Assembly (NCBI GenBank): GCA_963825135.1
Contig: CAWGRW010000009.1
Span: forward strand, 1,312,001 to 1,376,000
Direction of reading: 5' to 3'
From: an uncultured bacterium
GTDB taxonomy: Bacteria > Desulfobacterota_D > UBA1144 > Nemesobacterales > UBA2774
DNA length: 64,000 bases
Below, in pieces: positions 52,047-62,239 of this stretch. The notes beneath the pieces were generated by a model, which was not told the origin of the DNA, ran no database searches, and worked only from the letters and a program-made list of their open reading frames with translations. Every line of letters starts with the position of its first letter. Within the stretch, counting starts at the first letter, position 1. A program made the translations under genes and the position numbers.

Positions 52047-52493
52047 TCAGCTCGAATCCCGGCCCCTGAGGTGGTTCACAAGCCCTCTTAGTCCCAGGAT
52101 ATAGCTGTCGGCTCCGAAGCCGGATACGACTCCCACGGAAACACCCGAAATATAAGACTTCTGTCTGAAGTCTTCTCTTTTGTAAATATTCGAGAGATGG
52201 ACTTCGACCGCGGGCAGCCCCGCCGACAGTATGGCGTCGCGGATCGCGATGCTCGTGTGCGTATAGGCCCCGGGATTTATGAGGATTCCGTCAGATTTTT
52301 TCATGGCGTCCTGTATCCTGCCGACGATTTCCCCCTCGGAATTGGACTGGAACACTTCGGTCTTGACGCCGAGCCCCTTTGCCTCCTCCTTGAGGAGTCT
52401 GTTAATTTCCTGGAGCGTGCTGGCCCCGTAAATAGAGGGCTCGCGCTTTCCCAGCATGTTTAAGTTAGGTCCGTGTATTATCAGAATCTTCAT
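52047..52493 (-). CDS. aroQ: Type II 3-dehydroquinate dehydratase
   Basis: [32 protein letters not shown]. Confidence 0.97.
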   Translation of the reverse strand: MKILIIHGPNLNMLGKREPSIYGASTLQEINRLLKEEAKGLGVKTEVFQSNSEGEIVGRIQDAMKKSDGILINPGAYTHTSIAIRDAILSAGLPAVEVHLSNIYKREDFRQKSYISGVSVGVVSGFGADSYILGLRGLVNHLRGRDSS

Positions 52494-52501
52494 GTGCGCT
52501 T

Positions 52502-53227
52502 CTACTCTCCCGAGAGTAACCCCGCTCTTTTATTTATCATGTAGAGTCTCGATTTTCCGAGCTTCTTCCTGACCGTTTCGTTTCCGGGATCGCTCTCAAG
52601 CATCTTCTCCAGGACCCCGCACGCCTTTTCATAAAGCCCCTGGCCGAAGTAAAGATCGGCCATGGTCTCCGTGAACATCTCCTTCTCGTTTTTATTCGGA
52701 CCCGAGTCGAGCTCCTCGGGACTCTTCGATTCGAGAGCCCTTTTTATGCCTTCTCTGGCGGCCTGAAACTCCTTCTCCTTTTTTTCCGCGCGAGCGAGCT
52801 GGTCTCCGATCTCCCTGATCTCGGTCGCTATGGAGCCGTCGTGCGGATGGTACGCCGAAGCTGTTTTAAGCAGTTCAAGCGCCTTCTCGAAGGCCTCCTC
52901 GCTCCTGTGGATCTGTACGAGCATTTTACAGGCGGCGAGATTGTCGGGCGCCAGCTCCACGACGGCCCGGAATTCCCTCTTCGCCTGTTCTATGAGCCAC
53001 CTGTCGTAATAGATCTTTCCCAGCAGGAACCTGCCGGTTACGCTTTTCTTATTATATCTTAATCCGTTGATCAATACATTAATGGCCTTGTCCACTTTCC
53101 CCTGCTTATACAGGACCTGCGCGAGAAAAATAAAAGCGACCGACGAAGGGTCCTGAGACAGGATTCTCGCGTACTTTTCCTCGAATTTACCGAGTTCCTC
53201 TTCGGTCGAGCTGTTATCTTCGGTCAT
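52502..53227 (-). CDS. Tetratricopeptide repeat protein
   Basis: Helical TPR-like repeats; [12 protein letters not shown] motif. Confidence 0.85.
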   Translation of the reverse strand: MTEDNSSTEEELGKFEEKYARILSQDPSSVAFIFLAQVLYKQGKVDKAINVLINGLRYNKKSVTGRFLLGKIYYDRWLIEQAKREFRAVVELAPDNLAACKMLVQIHRSEEAFEKALELLKTASAYHPHDGSIATEIREIGDQLARAEKKEKEFQAAREGIKRALESKSPEELDSGPNKNEKEMFTETMADLYFGQGLYEKACGVLEKMLESDPGNETVRKKLGKSRLYMINKRAGLLSGE

Positions 53228-53439
53228 GACAGTTTGATATTACTCGATACATGAAATCGGAGTCAAGAAAGTCTTCCGCCGGTCTTAAAATCCGGACAAC
53301 CCCGCCCATTGCCGCCATATCCGGGCCCGGCAAATAAAATCATAACATAGCGGGAATAATTGAAACACGGACCTTCAACACCCTGCGCGCACGCCTCCGT
53401 TAATTTCGGTTTCTGCGCCGTACGTTGGAATTTGCGAAA

Positions 53440-55038
53440 TCATGTGCGGGGGGAGGCTATGTCGACCGCCTCTCCCCCCGGCATTTTCCTTCTTAGCAGG
53501 TTCATCAGGAACCGGGCCTCTTCTATCCTAAAAACCCTAGTGAGAACAAGAAATACGATTCCCGAGGCGCCTATCGAGAGCGCCAGCACCGCTACCTTAG
53601 TGATGGAAAAGGCCGAGCCCGTCCAGTCCGAGTAAGTCGAGATTTTCCAGGCCGCTCCCGCCATCACCGCCGAGACGACTATCATTTTAAGACAGAAGAC
53701 GACGATCGTTTTCGCCTTCAGGCTCCCCGTCCTCCTTTCCAGAAGGTATATGAGCGCGAGGAAGTTGAATACGGATGAGGCCGAGTTCGCGAGCGCGAGC
53801 CCCGTGTGTTCGAGCTTGAGCGTAAACCCGAGCACATAGCCGAGCGCCGCGTTCAGGATAAAGGCGAAAAACGCGACCACGACCGGGGTCTTCGTATCCT
53901 GCATCGCGTAGAACGCCGGGGCCGTTACCCTTAACCCGCCGACAGCCCAGAGCCCGAAGCAGTATCCTGACAGGGTCTGGGCGGTAGCCAGCGTCGCCTC
54001 GTATGTGAATTCCCCTCTTTGATAGAGGATGTTGCATATGGGGACCCTGAGGACGACGAGCCCGGCAAGCGACGGTATCAATATGAGGAGCAGGAGCTTG
54101 AGGGTAAAGGTATAGGTGCTGTGAAATTGTTCGTAGTCTCCTTTGCTGACATAACTCGAGAGACTCGGAAGAAGCACCGTCGCTATCGATACCGCGATTA
54201 TTCCCAGGGGAAACTCCGTGAGCCTCTCCGCGTAATAGAGGTAAGAGATGGTGCCCGCCGACATGTAGGAGGCGTACTGGGAGCTGACTATCAGGTTGAG
54301 GTTATATACGGCGAGCCCGAAGAGCTGGGGTACGAGAAGCAGCGCTATACGCTTGACGGCGGGATGCCGCAGGTTTTTTGTGAAGCTGAACATGAAGCCC
54401 TTGATGTGCAGATAAGGGAACTGCTGCACGAGCTGGAGGATGCCTCCGATTACCACCCCGATGGCGGCCGAATAAATCGGCAGCTTAAAGTGACTATGCA
54501 GGGCGAATATCGCTGCGATAGTCGCGATATTCAGCAGCACCGGGGAAAATGCGGGGGCGAAGAACATTCTCAGAGAATTCAGAACCCCCATGCACAGAGC
54601 GGCCAGGGAGACGAAAAAGATGTAAGGGAACATCACCCTGTTGAGGCTCACCGCGATTTCGAATGTCTTCTGATCGAAGCCGTATGCGAAGAGCTTGATG
54701 ATATAAGGCGAGAGTAGGATGCCGAGTATGGAGACGGCGATGAGGATTACAAATAAAATTGTGAATACTATGTCGGATACCTTCTTTGCTTCTTCCTTCC
54801 CCTGTTTTTCCAGAGTCTCCGTGAAAACCGGTATGAATGATATTGTCAGGGAGCCCTCCGCCAGGAGCCTCCTGAGGAGGTTCGGTATTCTGTAGGCAAT
54901 CCAGTATGCGTCGGTAAAGGTCGTCGCGCCGAAGTAATAGGCCATTACCATGTCCCTGAGATAACCCGCGATACGGCTGAGAATGGTTATCAAACCGACC
55001 ATTCCGACTGAGCGTGTAATTTGTTCTCTTTCCCTCAT
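53440..55038 (-). CDS. murJ: Lipid II flippase MurJ
   Basis: SRIAGYLRD, RIPNLLRRLLAEG, FYAMQDTKTP; start at MREREQ. Confidence 0.96.
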   Translation of the reverse strand: MREREQITRSVGMVGLITILSRIAGYLRDMVMAYYFGATTFTDAYWIAYRIPNLLRRLLAEGSLTISFIPVFTETLEKQGKEEAKKVSDIVFTILFVILIAVSILGILLSPYIIKLFAYGFDQKTFEIAVSLNRVMFPYIFFVSLAALCMGVLNSLRMFFAPAFSPVLLNIATIAAIFALHSHFKLPIYSAAIGVVIGGILQLVQQFPYLHIKGFMFSFTKNLRHPAVKRIALLLVPQLFGLAVYNLNLIVSSQYASYMSAGTISYLYYAERLTEFPLGIIAVSIATVLLPSLSSYVSKGDYEQFHSTYTFTLKLLLLILIPSLAGLVVLRVPICNILYQRGEFTYEATLATAQTLSGYCFGLWAVGGLRVTAPAFYAMQDTKTPVVVAFFAFILNAALGYVLGFTLKLEHTGLALANSASSVFNFLALIYLLERRTGSLKAKTIVVFCLKMIVVSAVMAGAAWKISTYSDWTGSAFSITKVAVLALSIGASGIVFLVLTRVFRIEEARFLMNLLRRKMPGGEAVDIASPRT

Positions 55039-55060
55039 ACGCGAGAGGGCCGGCGCAGCG

Positions 55061-55288
55061 TCAGATCCGCTCCCCGCCCGGTCCAACCTCCTCGAATTCA
55101 ATCTCTTTTTTCAACCTTTCAAGTATATTTCGGGCTTCCTCGAGAAGGTCCTCGGTCGGAATCACCTGAATAATCCCCGATTCCGGGTCATCCGTCCTTG
55201 CCCAGGCTATGTGTGAATACGTGCCCAGGATGGATTGGAAGTATACGGATTCGCTGTTATTTTTGAGCTTTATCGATATAGTAGGCAT
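55061..55288 (-). CDS. Small protein, DUF4911-like
   Basis: VYFQSILGTYSHIAWARTDDPESGII...ILERL pattern (recognised from memory); start at ATG 55288. Confidence 0.65.
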   Translation of the reverse strand: MPTISIKLKNNSESVYFQSILGTYSHIAWARTDDPESGIIQVIPTEDLLEEARNILERLKKEIEFEEVGPGGERI

Positions 55289-55620
55289 AAATTCGATTAC
55301 AGTGAATTGAAGTACAAGATTATATACAACTTTAATCACATTTCCGATTCCTGCCGGACAATTTTCACCGATTAAATAAATATCTATTACGACTTTAGGC
55401 ATCCGGTGGTACGGATTGGCATTATTACATTTTTTACAAGCCGGAGTTCGACGGACAATATTTCCTTATATGACAGGCTATTATCGTGCATTATTAAAGC
55501 GTTCGTCTCCGGTATTACCCGAAAACCTGCGTTTTTCGAGCCAATACATAAGTTATAAATGGAAGTTTTTATTAAAAACCTTCGAATTAGCTAAAAAATT
55601 GAGAAATATCATAAACTTAC

Positions 55621-55681
55621 TTGACAAACTTAAGACTAAGTTATATAGTGGTTGTCAGTGGCATAAAGTGGCATAAGATGG
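55621..55681 (+). promoter_or_regulatory. dcw promoter with MraZ-binding direct repeats
   Basis: TTGACA, 17 bp, TATAGT; GTGG at 55648, 55658 and 55668 and ATGG at 55678 (10-bp period). Confidence 0.8.
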
Positions 55682-55687
55682 TATGAT

Positions 55688-56134
55688 ATGTTCCGAGGAC
55701 GATACGAACATACTATGACTGACAAAGGACGCGTTAGTATCCCTGCGAAGTTTCGGGAAGTGTGCAGGGATAAATACGCGGACGAGACCTTGATTATTAC
55801 AAATTTTGATAAATGCCTGGTCGCTTATCCCCTCAAGGAATGGAACGAGATAGAGAAAAAAGTGTCCTCCCTCCCGCAGTTCAAGCAGGAGGTAATTTCC
55901 TTCCTGAGATACCTTATGGGGGGCGCCGTCGACTGTCCTCTCGACGGTCAGGGCAGAGTCCTCATTCCCCAGCCGCTCAGGACCCACGCCCGCCTGGACA
56001 AAGAGGTCATCATGCTCGGCATGCTGACGAGGATTGAAATCTGGTCAAAGGAAGTCTGGGAAGAGGAAGAGCAGGGCCGCGCATACGAAGAATTCAAGAA
56101 GAGCCGGGAGATACTTGCGGGACAAGGACTATAA
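55688..56134 (+). CDS. mraZ: Transcriptional regulator MraZ
   Basis: MFRGRYEH..DKGRVSIP, DGQGRVLIP, IEIW. Confidence 0.97.
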   Translation: MFRGRYEHTMTDKGRVSIPAKFREVCRDKYADETLIITNFDKCLVAYPLKEWNEIEKKVSSLPQFKQEVISFLRYLMGGAVDCPLDGQGRVLIPQPLRTHARLDKEVIMLGMLTRIEIWSKEVWEEEEQGRAYEEFKKSREILAGQGL

Positions 56135-56138
56135 GGAC

Positions 56139-57098
56139 ATGGAAAACGCCGTCATGGAAGTACCCAAACCGATCCATCTGCCGGTTCTCAGCGAAGAGGT
56201 TGTGAGCTGCCTGATAACCCGCCCCGAGGGGATATACGTGGACGCCACCCTGGGTATGGGCGGCCACACCAAATCCATACTCGATTGCACTAACTCCAGA
56301 TCGCTCGTCATAGGACTCGACGTTGACGAGGAGGCGATTTCCATATCCCGCGAGGCGCTCTCCAGATACAACGGCCATGTTATCTACCGCAATAGTAATT
56401 TCTCCGACGTGGACAAGGTTCTCGACAGCCTCGATATAAGGGAAGTCGACGGCATTATCGCCGACCTCGGAATGTCCTCCTACCAGATCGAATCGAGCGA
56501 AAGGGGGTTCAGCTTCATGAGGGAAGAGCCTCTCGATATGAGGATGGACCCGAGACTCAGGTTTACGGCGTACGACCTCGTAAACGAAATGACCATGGAT
56601 GAGATATCGAGGGTATTAAAAATGTACGGAGAGGAGAAGTGGTCGAGGAGGATCGCCAAAAGAATCGTCGAGACCAGGAAAGAGGGTCCCATCAAGACAT
56701 CCGCCGAGCTCGCCAGGGTTGTTTCTCTCGCGATCCCGAAGAAATTTCATCCCGCCCGGATACACCCGGCGACCAAGACATTTCAGGCGCTCCGCATAGC
56801 AGTCAACAACGAGCTTGAGAATATCAGAGAGTTCATAGGGAAAGCCGTAACCAGGCTCAGAACCGGCGGAAGACTCGTCATCATCTCTTTTCACTCGCTC
56901 GAGGACAGGCTTGTTAAAACGAGCTTTCTCAAGATGGCGTCCCCATGCGTGTGTCCTCCGGATATGCCGGTATGCGGCTGCGGCAGGAAAAGGATCCTCA
57001 AGGTCGTCACCCGCTCGCCTGTAATCCCGGGCGACGAAGAGATTATGAACAACCCCAGGGCGCGAAGCGCAAAAATGAGGGTTGGGGAAAGGGTGTAG
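56139..57098 (+). CDS. rsmH: 16S rRNA m4C1402 methyltransferase
   Basis: HLPVL, DATLGMGGH, DLGMSS, PLDMRMD, FHSLEDR, NPRARSAK. Confidence 0.98.
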   Translation: MENAVMEVPKPIHLPVLSEEVVSCLITRPEGIYVDATLGMGGHTKSILDCTNSRSLVIGLDVDEEAISISREALSRYNGHVIYRNSNFSDVDKVLDSLDIREVDGIIADLGMSSYQIESSERGFSFMREEPLDMRMDPRLRFTAYDLVNEMTMDEISRVLKMYGEEKWSRRIAKRIVETRKEGPIKTSAELARVVSLAIPKKFHPARIHPATKTFQALRIAVNNELENIREFIGKAVTRLRTGGRLVIISFHSLEDRLVKTSFLKMASPCVCPPDMPVCGCGRKRILKVVTRSPVIPGDEEIMNNPRARSAKMRVGERV

Positions 57099-57100
57099 GA

Positions 57101-57439
57101 ATGGCTCACGTTAAAGTCCTCGGCTCGAGGGAAAAGGAAAAATCCGAAAAAACCGGTTTGTCGACCGGCTTTGTAATAATAGTGCTGATCGCCGTCGCTC
57201 TTTCTCTTTTCTATGTCAGGTTTAAAGTCGAGGAATTGAAATTGGGTTATGACATTTCCCGCAATAACAAACAGACCAACGAGCTACTGAAGGAGAAACG
57301 GATACTTCAGTCGGAGTTTATGAAGGCGAAGTCGCCCGACAAGCTCGAGCAGGCGGCTCTGGAAATGGGGTTCAAGTATCCGACTCAGGAAGACATAATT
57401 TACGTGGAGGAGACCACGGTCGCTGATAGTAAAAAATGA
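57101..57439 (+). CDS. ftsL: Cell division protein FtsL
   Basis: Single TM plus coiled coil, located between rsmH and ftsI. Confidence 0.85.
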   Translation: MAHVKVLGSREKEKSEKTGLSTGFVIIVLIAVALSLFYVRFKVEELKLGYDISRNNKQTNELLKEKRILQSEFMKAKSPDKLEQAALEMGFKYPTQEDIIYVEETTVADSKK

Positions 57440-59361
57440 AGCCCAAAAAGAGCTCAAAGAGAATTTCTCTGGGAAGGGACCTCGACAGGCCGAAATGGAA
57501 GATTGTGGTCGTCGGGGGTTTTATGCTCGTCCTCTTTTTGTCCGTATGTATCAAGGCCCTGGACCTTCAGGTCCTCGATCGTGATCGCGCGTTCGCTATC
57601 GCGAGAAAGCAGCACGAGGGGAGCTCGACCCTTCTCCCCCGCCGCGGAAAAATCCTCGACCGGAACGGTAAGGAGCTCGCCGTCAACGTCGAGATCAAGT
57701 CCATTTTCGCCAACCCGTATGCGGTGAAGAACCCGGCTGAGCTGTCGAAAATGCTGTCGGCCAAGCTCGGGATGCCGGAAAAGAGCCTGCTCCAGAAGCT
57801 CACATCGAAATCCTCGTTCGTCTGGATAGACAGGCTCGTCGATCCGTCGATCACAACCGAGCTCGAGGCTATGAAGCTCGAGGGGATCGGCTTCATTGAA
57901 GAGCCCAAGCGCGTGTATCCGAACGGGACCCTTATGGGGCAGGTCCTCGGTTTTACCAATATCGATTCCACAGGCGTGGAGGGCATAGAATACCGTTACG
58001 ACGGGCTCCTGATCGGGAAGCCCGGAAAGATCACGCTTCAAAGAGACGCGCGTGGAAGAAAGATTATTAACAACCCCGATATAGTCGCCGACTTCGGCGA
58101 AGCGAAGACCGCGGGCCACGATATTATCCTGACGATAGACTCCCAGATTCAGCATATAGTTGAGCGGGAGTTGAAAGACGGTATAGAAAAGATGAACGCG
58201 GAGAAAGGAATGGCCATACTGCTCGACCCCGAGACCGGGGAAGTGCTGGCGATGGCGTCCTACCCGTTTCTCGATCCGAACAAGTACGGCGATTACCCGC
58301 TCGACTACAGGAGGAACCTCCCGGTCTGGTACTCCTACGAGCCCGGATCCACCATGAAGGTGTTCCTTACCTCAAGCGCGCTTCAGGAAAAAGTGGCGAC
58401 CCCGGATACCGAATTTTACTGTGAGGCCGGAAGGAGACAGGTGGGCGCCAAGATCATAAGGGACGTAAAACCCTACGGGACCCTTACCCTCGCCGATGTG
58501 GTAAGGGTATCGAGCAATATCGGAGCTTCAAAGATTGGGGAGCTTTTGGGAAAGGAGAAATACTATAGCTATCTGAAAAAATTCGGATTCGGCGACAAGA
58601 CCGGGATCGATGTCCCCGGCGAATCGGGCGGGAGACTCGCAAGCCCGAAATCCTGGGGGAAGATAGAGCTTGCCACGATCTCTTTCGGTCAGGGGATTTC
58701 CGTCACGGCGCTCCAGCTCGCGTCCGCGCTGTCCGCGGTCGCCAACGGCGGTTATCTCATGAAGCCGTATATAGTTAAAGAGATAATCAGCGCCGACGGA
58801 AACGTTATAAGGGAAACTAAACCGGAAGTCGAAAGCCGCGTTATCTCGTACGATACGAGCATGGAAATGACCCGGATACTGGAGCGGGTGGTGGAAGAGG
58901 GGACGGGAAAGAAGGCGGCTATTCCCGGCTATAAAGTCGCCGGGAAGACCGGGACGGCGCAGATGCCGGACCCGGTTAACGGGGGATATTATCAAGACCG
59001 GTATATCGCGTCCTTCATCGGGTTCGCCCCTTCGGACGACCCGAAGCTAACCCTCGTGGTCGTAGTCGAAGCTCCGAAGGTAATGACGCACGGCGGTTCG
59101 GTCTCCGCCCCCATATTTAAACAAATCGCGGAGAAAGTGCTCTTCCATATGGGCGTCTCGCCCAGGAAGGAGCTCGTGGGCGCGAAGGTCATGCCCGACC
59201 TCAGCGGAAAGAGCGTAAGGGACATACTTAAATGGTCCGAACAGGAAGGCATCAAGGTTAACGTTAAGGGAAGCGGATACGTAACTAACCAGAGCCCGCT
59301 GCCGGGCGATAGGATCAAGGAAGGTATGGTATGTTCTATAGAGCTTAAACAGAATATATGA
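57436..59361 (+). CDS. ftsI: Class B penicillin-binding protein FtsI with C-terminal PASTA domain
   Basis: RGKILDRNG, EPGSTMK, SSN, KTGTAQ, MPDLSGKS...QSP. Confidence 0.95.
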   Translation: MKPKKSSKRISLGRDLDRPKWKIVVVGGFMLVLFLSVCIKALDLQVLDRDRAFAIARKQHEGSSTLLPRRGKILDRNGKELAVNVEIKSIFANPYAVKNPAELSKMLSAKLGMPEKSLLQKLTSKSSFVWIDRLVDPSITTELEAMKLEGIGFIEEPKRVYPNGTLMGQVLGFTNIDSTGVEGIEYRYDGLLIGKPGKITLQRDARGRKIINNPDIVADFGEAKTAGHDIILTIDSQIQHIVERELKDGIEKMNAEKGMAILLDPETGEVLAMASYPFLDPNKYGDYPLDYRRNLPVWYSYEPGSTMKVFLTSSALQEKVATPDTEFYCEAGRRQVGAKIIRDVKPYGTLTLADVVRVSSNIGASKIGELLGKEKYYSYLKKFGFGDKTGIDVPGESGGRLASPKSWGKIELATISFGQGISVTALQLASALSAVANGGYLMKPYIVKEIISADGNVIRETKPEVESRVISYDTSMEMTRILERVVEEGTGKKAAIPGYKVAGKTGTAQMPDPVNGGYYQDRYIASFIGFAPSDDPKLTLVVVVEAPKVMTHGGSVSAPIFKQIAEKVLFHMGVSPRKELVGAKVMPDLSGKSVRDILKWSEQEGIKVNVKGSGYVTNQSPLPGDRIKEGMVCSIELKQNI

Positions 59362-60848
59362 TACTTACGGAATTAATACGAGGATTACGGATAAAAAAGT
59401 TCGATGGAAACGACGGGTTGGAGATTTCAGGTATTGCGGTCGATTCGAATAAAGTTAAGGATGGATACCTGTTTGTCGCATTAAAGGGAGAAAAGACCGA
59501 CGGCCACAGATACATTGAGTCGGCGGTTAAGAACGGCGCGAAGGCTCTATTGGTGGAGGATGCGCCCGGGAGCTCCCTTCCCGGGATTTCCGTTATAGAG
59601 GCAGGGGATTCGAGGGAATCGCTTGCGAAGGTGTCTGCTAATTTTTACGGTCATCCTACGGGAGAGCTGTGCCTTGCGGGCGTGACGGGCACGAACGGAA
59701 AAACGACGATTACATATCTCCTCGAGTCCATCTGGAAGAAGGAGAACAAAAGGCCGGGCGTCATCGGCACGATCGAGTACAGGTACGGTGATAAAAAAGC
59801 CGAAGCTCCGATGACGACGCCGGAATCGCTTGATCTTATGAGGATGTTCAGAGAAATGCGGGATTCGAGAGTTGATACGGTGGCGATGGAAGTGTCTTCC
59901 CATGCGGTAGACAGAAAAAGGGTGCTGGAATGCCAATTCGATGCCGCTGTCTTTACCAACCTGACCCAGGATCACCTGGATTATCACGGGACTATAGAGA
60001 ATTACTTCAACGCGAAGAAGAGGCTCTTTACCGAGCTCCTGCGCGAGAGCGGGAAGAAGGACAAATTCTCCGTAATCAACATTGACGACCCGTACGGAAT
60101 CGAAATCGTGAAAGAAGCGCCCGGTACGGTCGTCACCTACTCCATTATGAACAAAAAGGCCTCGGTGTTCGCCGAAAGTTACAGAGTGTCGGAGGAAGGC
60201 ATAAGCGCGCGCTTGAAAACTCCCCGCGGGAGCCTCGAAATAAAATCCCCTCTTTTCGGGGAGCATAATCTGTCCAATATCCTGGCCGCTGTATCCGCGG
60301 CGCTCTCGCTCGGCTGCTCGGCGGGATCCGCGGAAGAGGCGATTGCCGGATTCCCCGCAGTCCCCGGGAGGCTGGAAAGGGTTGAAAATCCCCTCGGCTT
60401 TCAGGTTCTGGTGGATTACGCGCATACCCCTGACGCGCTCAAGAACGTGCTTCGCGCCGTCAGACCGCTGACGGAAGGCACGGTCATTCTTGTATTCGGA
60501 TGCGGCGGGGACAGGGACAGGACCAAGAGGCCCAAAATGGGCGTCATAGGCAGGGAGCTTTCCGATATCCTTATAGTTACGTCGGATAACCCGCGTACCG
60601 AGCCCCCGGAGCAAATTTTAGATGAAATCGAGAGGGGCGTCCTTGAATCCCCCTCCGGCGATAAACCCTATTTCATGGTGTCCGACAGGAAGGAAGCTAT
60701 AAAAAAGGCCCTCCACATGGCCCGCGCCGGGGATACGGTACTCATAGCCGGCAAAGGGCACGAGGACTATCAGATTATAGGCACGACCAAGTTCCCGTTC
60801 GACGACAGGACAGTCGCCGGGGATATATTAAAGGAGATGCTGAATTAG
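59358..60848 (+). CDS. murE: UDP-MurNAc-Ala-Glu:meso-DAP ligase
   Basis: TGTNGKTT, DHLDYH, DYAHTPD, DNPR (DAP-specific), GKGHEDYQ. Confidence 0.98.
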   Translation: MILTELIRGLRIKKFDGNDGLEISGIAVDSNKVKDGYLFVALKGEKTDGHRYIESAVKNGAKALLVEDAPGSSLPGISVIEAGDSRESLAKVSANFYGHPTGELCLAGVTGTNGKTTITYLLESIWKKENKRPGVIGTIEYRYGDKKAEAPMTTPESLDLMRMFREMRDSRVDTVAMEVSSHAVDRKRVLECQFDAAVFTNLTQDHLDYHGTIENYFNAKKRLFTELLRESGKKDKFSVINIDDPYGIEIVKEAPGTVVTYSIMNKKASVFAESYRVSEEGISARLKTPRGSLEIKSPLFGEHNLSNILAAVSAALSLGCSAGSAEEAIAGFPAVPGRLERVENPLGFQVLVDYAHTPDALKNVLRAVRPLTEGTVILVFGCGGDRDRTKRPKMGVIGRELSDILIVTSDNPRTEPPEQILDEIERGVLESPSGDKPYFMVSDRKEAIKKALHMARAGDTVLIAGKGHEDYQIIGTTKFPFDDRTVAGDILKEMLN

Positions 60849-60863
60849 TTTTTCGATAATAAA

Positions 60864-62228
60864 ATGCTCGGATTGGACTTCGTTCTCAATTCAACCAAGG
60901 GAAAGCTCGTCTCCGGCCGGGGGCAGGGCGATTTTTCGGGCGTAAGCACCGATTCGAGGAATATAAGGGCCGGAGAAATATTCTTTGCGCTTAAAGGCGA
61001 TAATCATGACGGGCATGAATATGTCCGCGAGGCGCTGAAAAAGGGCGCGGCCGGGGCGGTAATCGAAGACGGCGCAAGAGCGCACAACGACGGGAAGCTG
61101 TTTATTCAGGTGCCGTCCACCCTCAAAGCGCTCGGCGATCTCGCCTGCGAGTGGAGGAAGAGCTTCCCTGAGCTTAAGCTCGCGGCCATCACGGGCTCAA
61201 ACGGCAAAACTACCACAAAGGAAATGGCCTGGAGCATTGTTTCACTCGGATACCCGACGCTAAAGAATACGGGGAATTTCAATAACCTTATCGGGCTTCC
61301 CCTTACGCTCTTCATGCTCGACGCGAGCTACAAAGCCGCGGTTGTGGAGCTGGGAATGAACGATTTCGGCGAGATCGGAAGGCTCGCCGAGATTGCGCTC
61401 CCGGACACGGGCGCGATCACGAACATAGGAAGAGCGCATCTGGAAAAACTCGGGGGGCTCGAAGGCGTGGCCAGGGCCAAGGGCGAGCTCGTCGAAGGGT
61501 TCCGGGGGGACCGGGTATTTGTCGTGAATGCGGACGACCCGCGGATAGTCGGCATTGCCGCAAATACGGATTGCAGGAAGATTACATACGGCATGGTATC
61601 GAAAGAGGCCGACCTTACGGCGAGTGATGTGGAGCAGGACGGCTTCTCCGGGATAAATTTCCGTATGCGCGCGGAAGGGAGCGAATTCCCCGTGAGGATA
61701 AACTGCATCGGGATGCATAACGTGATGAACGCCCTCTGCGCCTCCGGTATCGCGCTTTCGTTCGGATGCGGGAAGGACGAGATTACCGAAGGCCTCCGGG
61801 GTTTTACACCAGCTCACATGAGGCTCGAAGTCCTGGAAAGCCCTCACGGCTTCAGGGTTATAAACGACACCTACAACGCGAATCCCGACTCCATGCGGAG
61901 CGCGGTAAGCGAGCTTATAAGATTAAAGGGCAAGGGCAAGGCGATAGCCGTGCTCGGGGACATGCTGGAGCTTGGGGCGAGCGGCGATTCCGAGCACCTG
62001 GGCCTCGGGGAGTATCTATCGGCGGCGCGCGTGGATTACGTAGTCGCATGCGGAAATTTCGGGCGGAAGATTCTGGAAGGGGCCGGCAGCGGCGCGAACT
62101 GCTTTTACGCGGAGTCGCACGATGAGGCGGCAAGGACTGTTATCGCAATCGCAAAGCCCGGCGATCTGGTGCTGGTGAAGGGCTCGCGCGGGATGAGGAT
62201 GGAAGAGGTCACGAAGAGGCTCGTCTAA
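60864..62228 (+). CDS. murF: UDP-MurNAc-tripeptide:D-Ala-D-Ala ligase
   Basis: TGSNGKTTTKE, NNLIGLP, DTYNANP, LGDMLELG, KGSRG. Confidence 0.98.
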   Translation: MLGLDFVLNSTKGKLVSGRGQGDFSGVSTDSRNIRAGEIFFALKGDNHDGHEYVREALKKGAAGAVIEDGARAHNDGKLFIQVPSTLKALGDLACEWRKSFPELKLAAITGSNGKTTTKEMAWSIVSLGYPTLKNTGNFNNLIGLPLTLFMLDASYKAAVVELGMNDFGEIGRLAEIALPDTGAITNIGRAHLEKLGGLEGVARAKGELVEGFRGDRVFVVNADDPRIVGIAANTDCRKITYGMVSKEADLTASDVEQDGFSGINFRMRAEGSEFPVRINCIGMHNVMNALCASGIALSFGCGKDEITEGLRGFTPAHMRLEVLESPHGFRVINDTYNANPDSMRSAVSELIRLKGKGKAIAVLGDMLELGASGDSEHLGLGEYLSAARVDYVVACGNFGRKILEGAGSGANCFYAESHDEAARTVIAIAKPGDLVLVKGSRGMRMEEVTKRLV

Positions 62229-62239
62229 GGAGTATTTAA

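Noticed and set aside
55648..55681. TGGCAT repeats as a sigma54 promoter or novel repeat
   Set aside because: No TTGC at -12 spacing; the repeats are explained by known 10-bp-spaced MraZ boxes.
59190..59361. PASTA domain on FtsI in a diderm
   Set aside because: Already known from several non-enteric diderm lineages; not novel.
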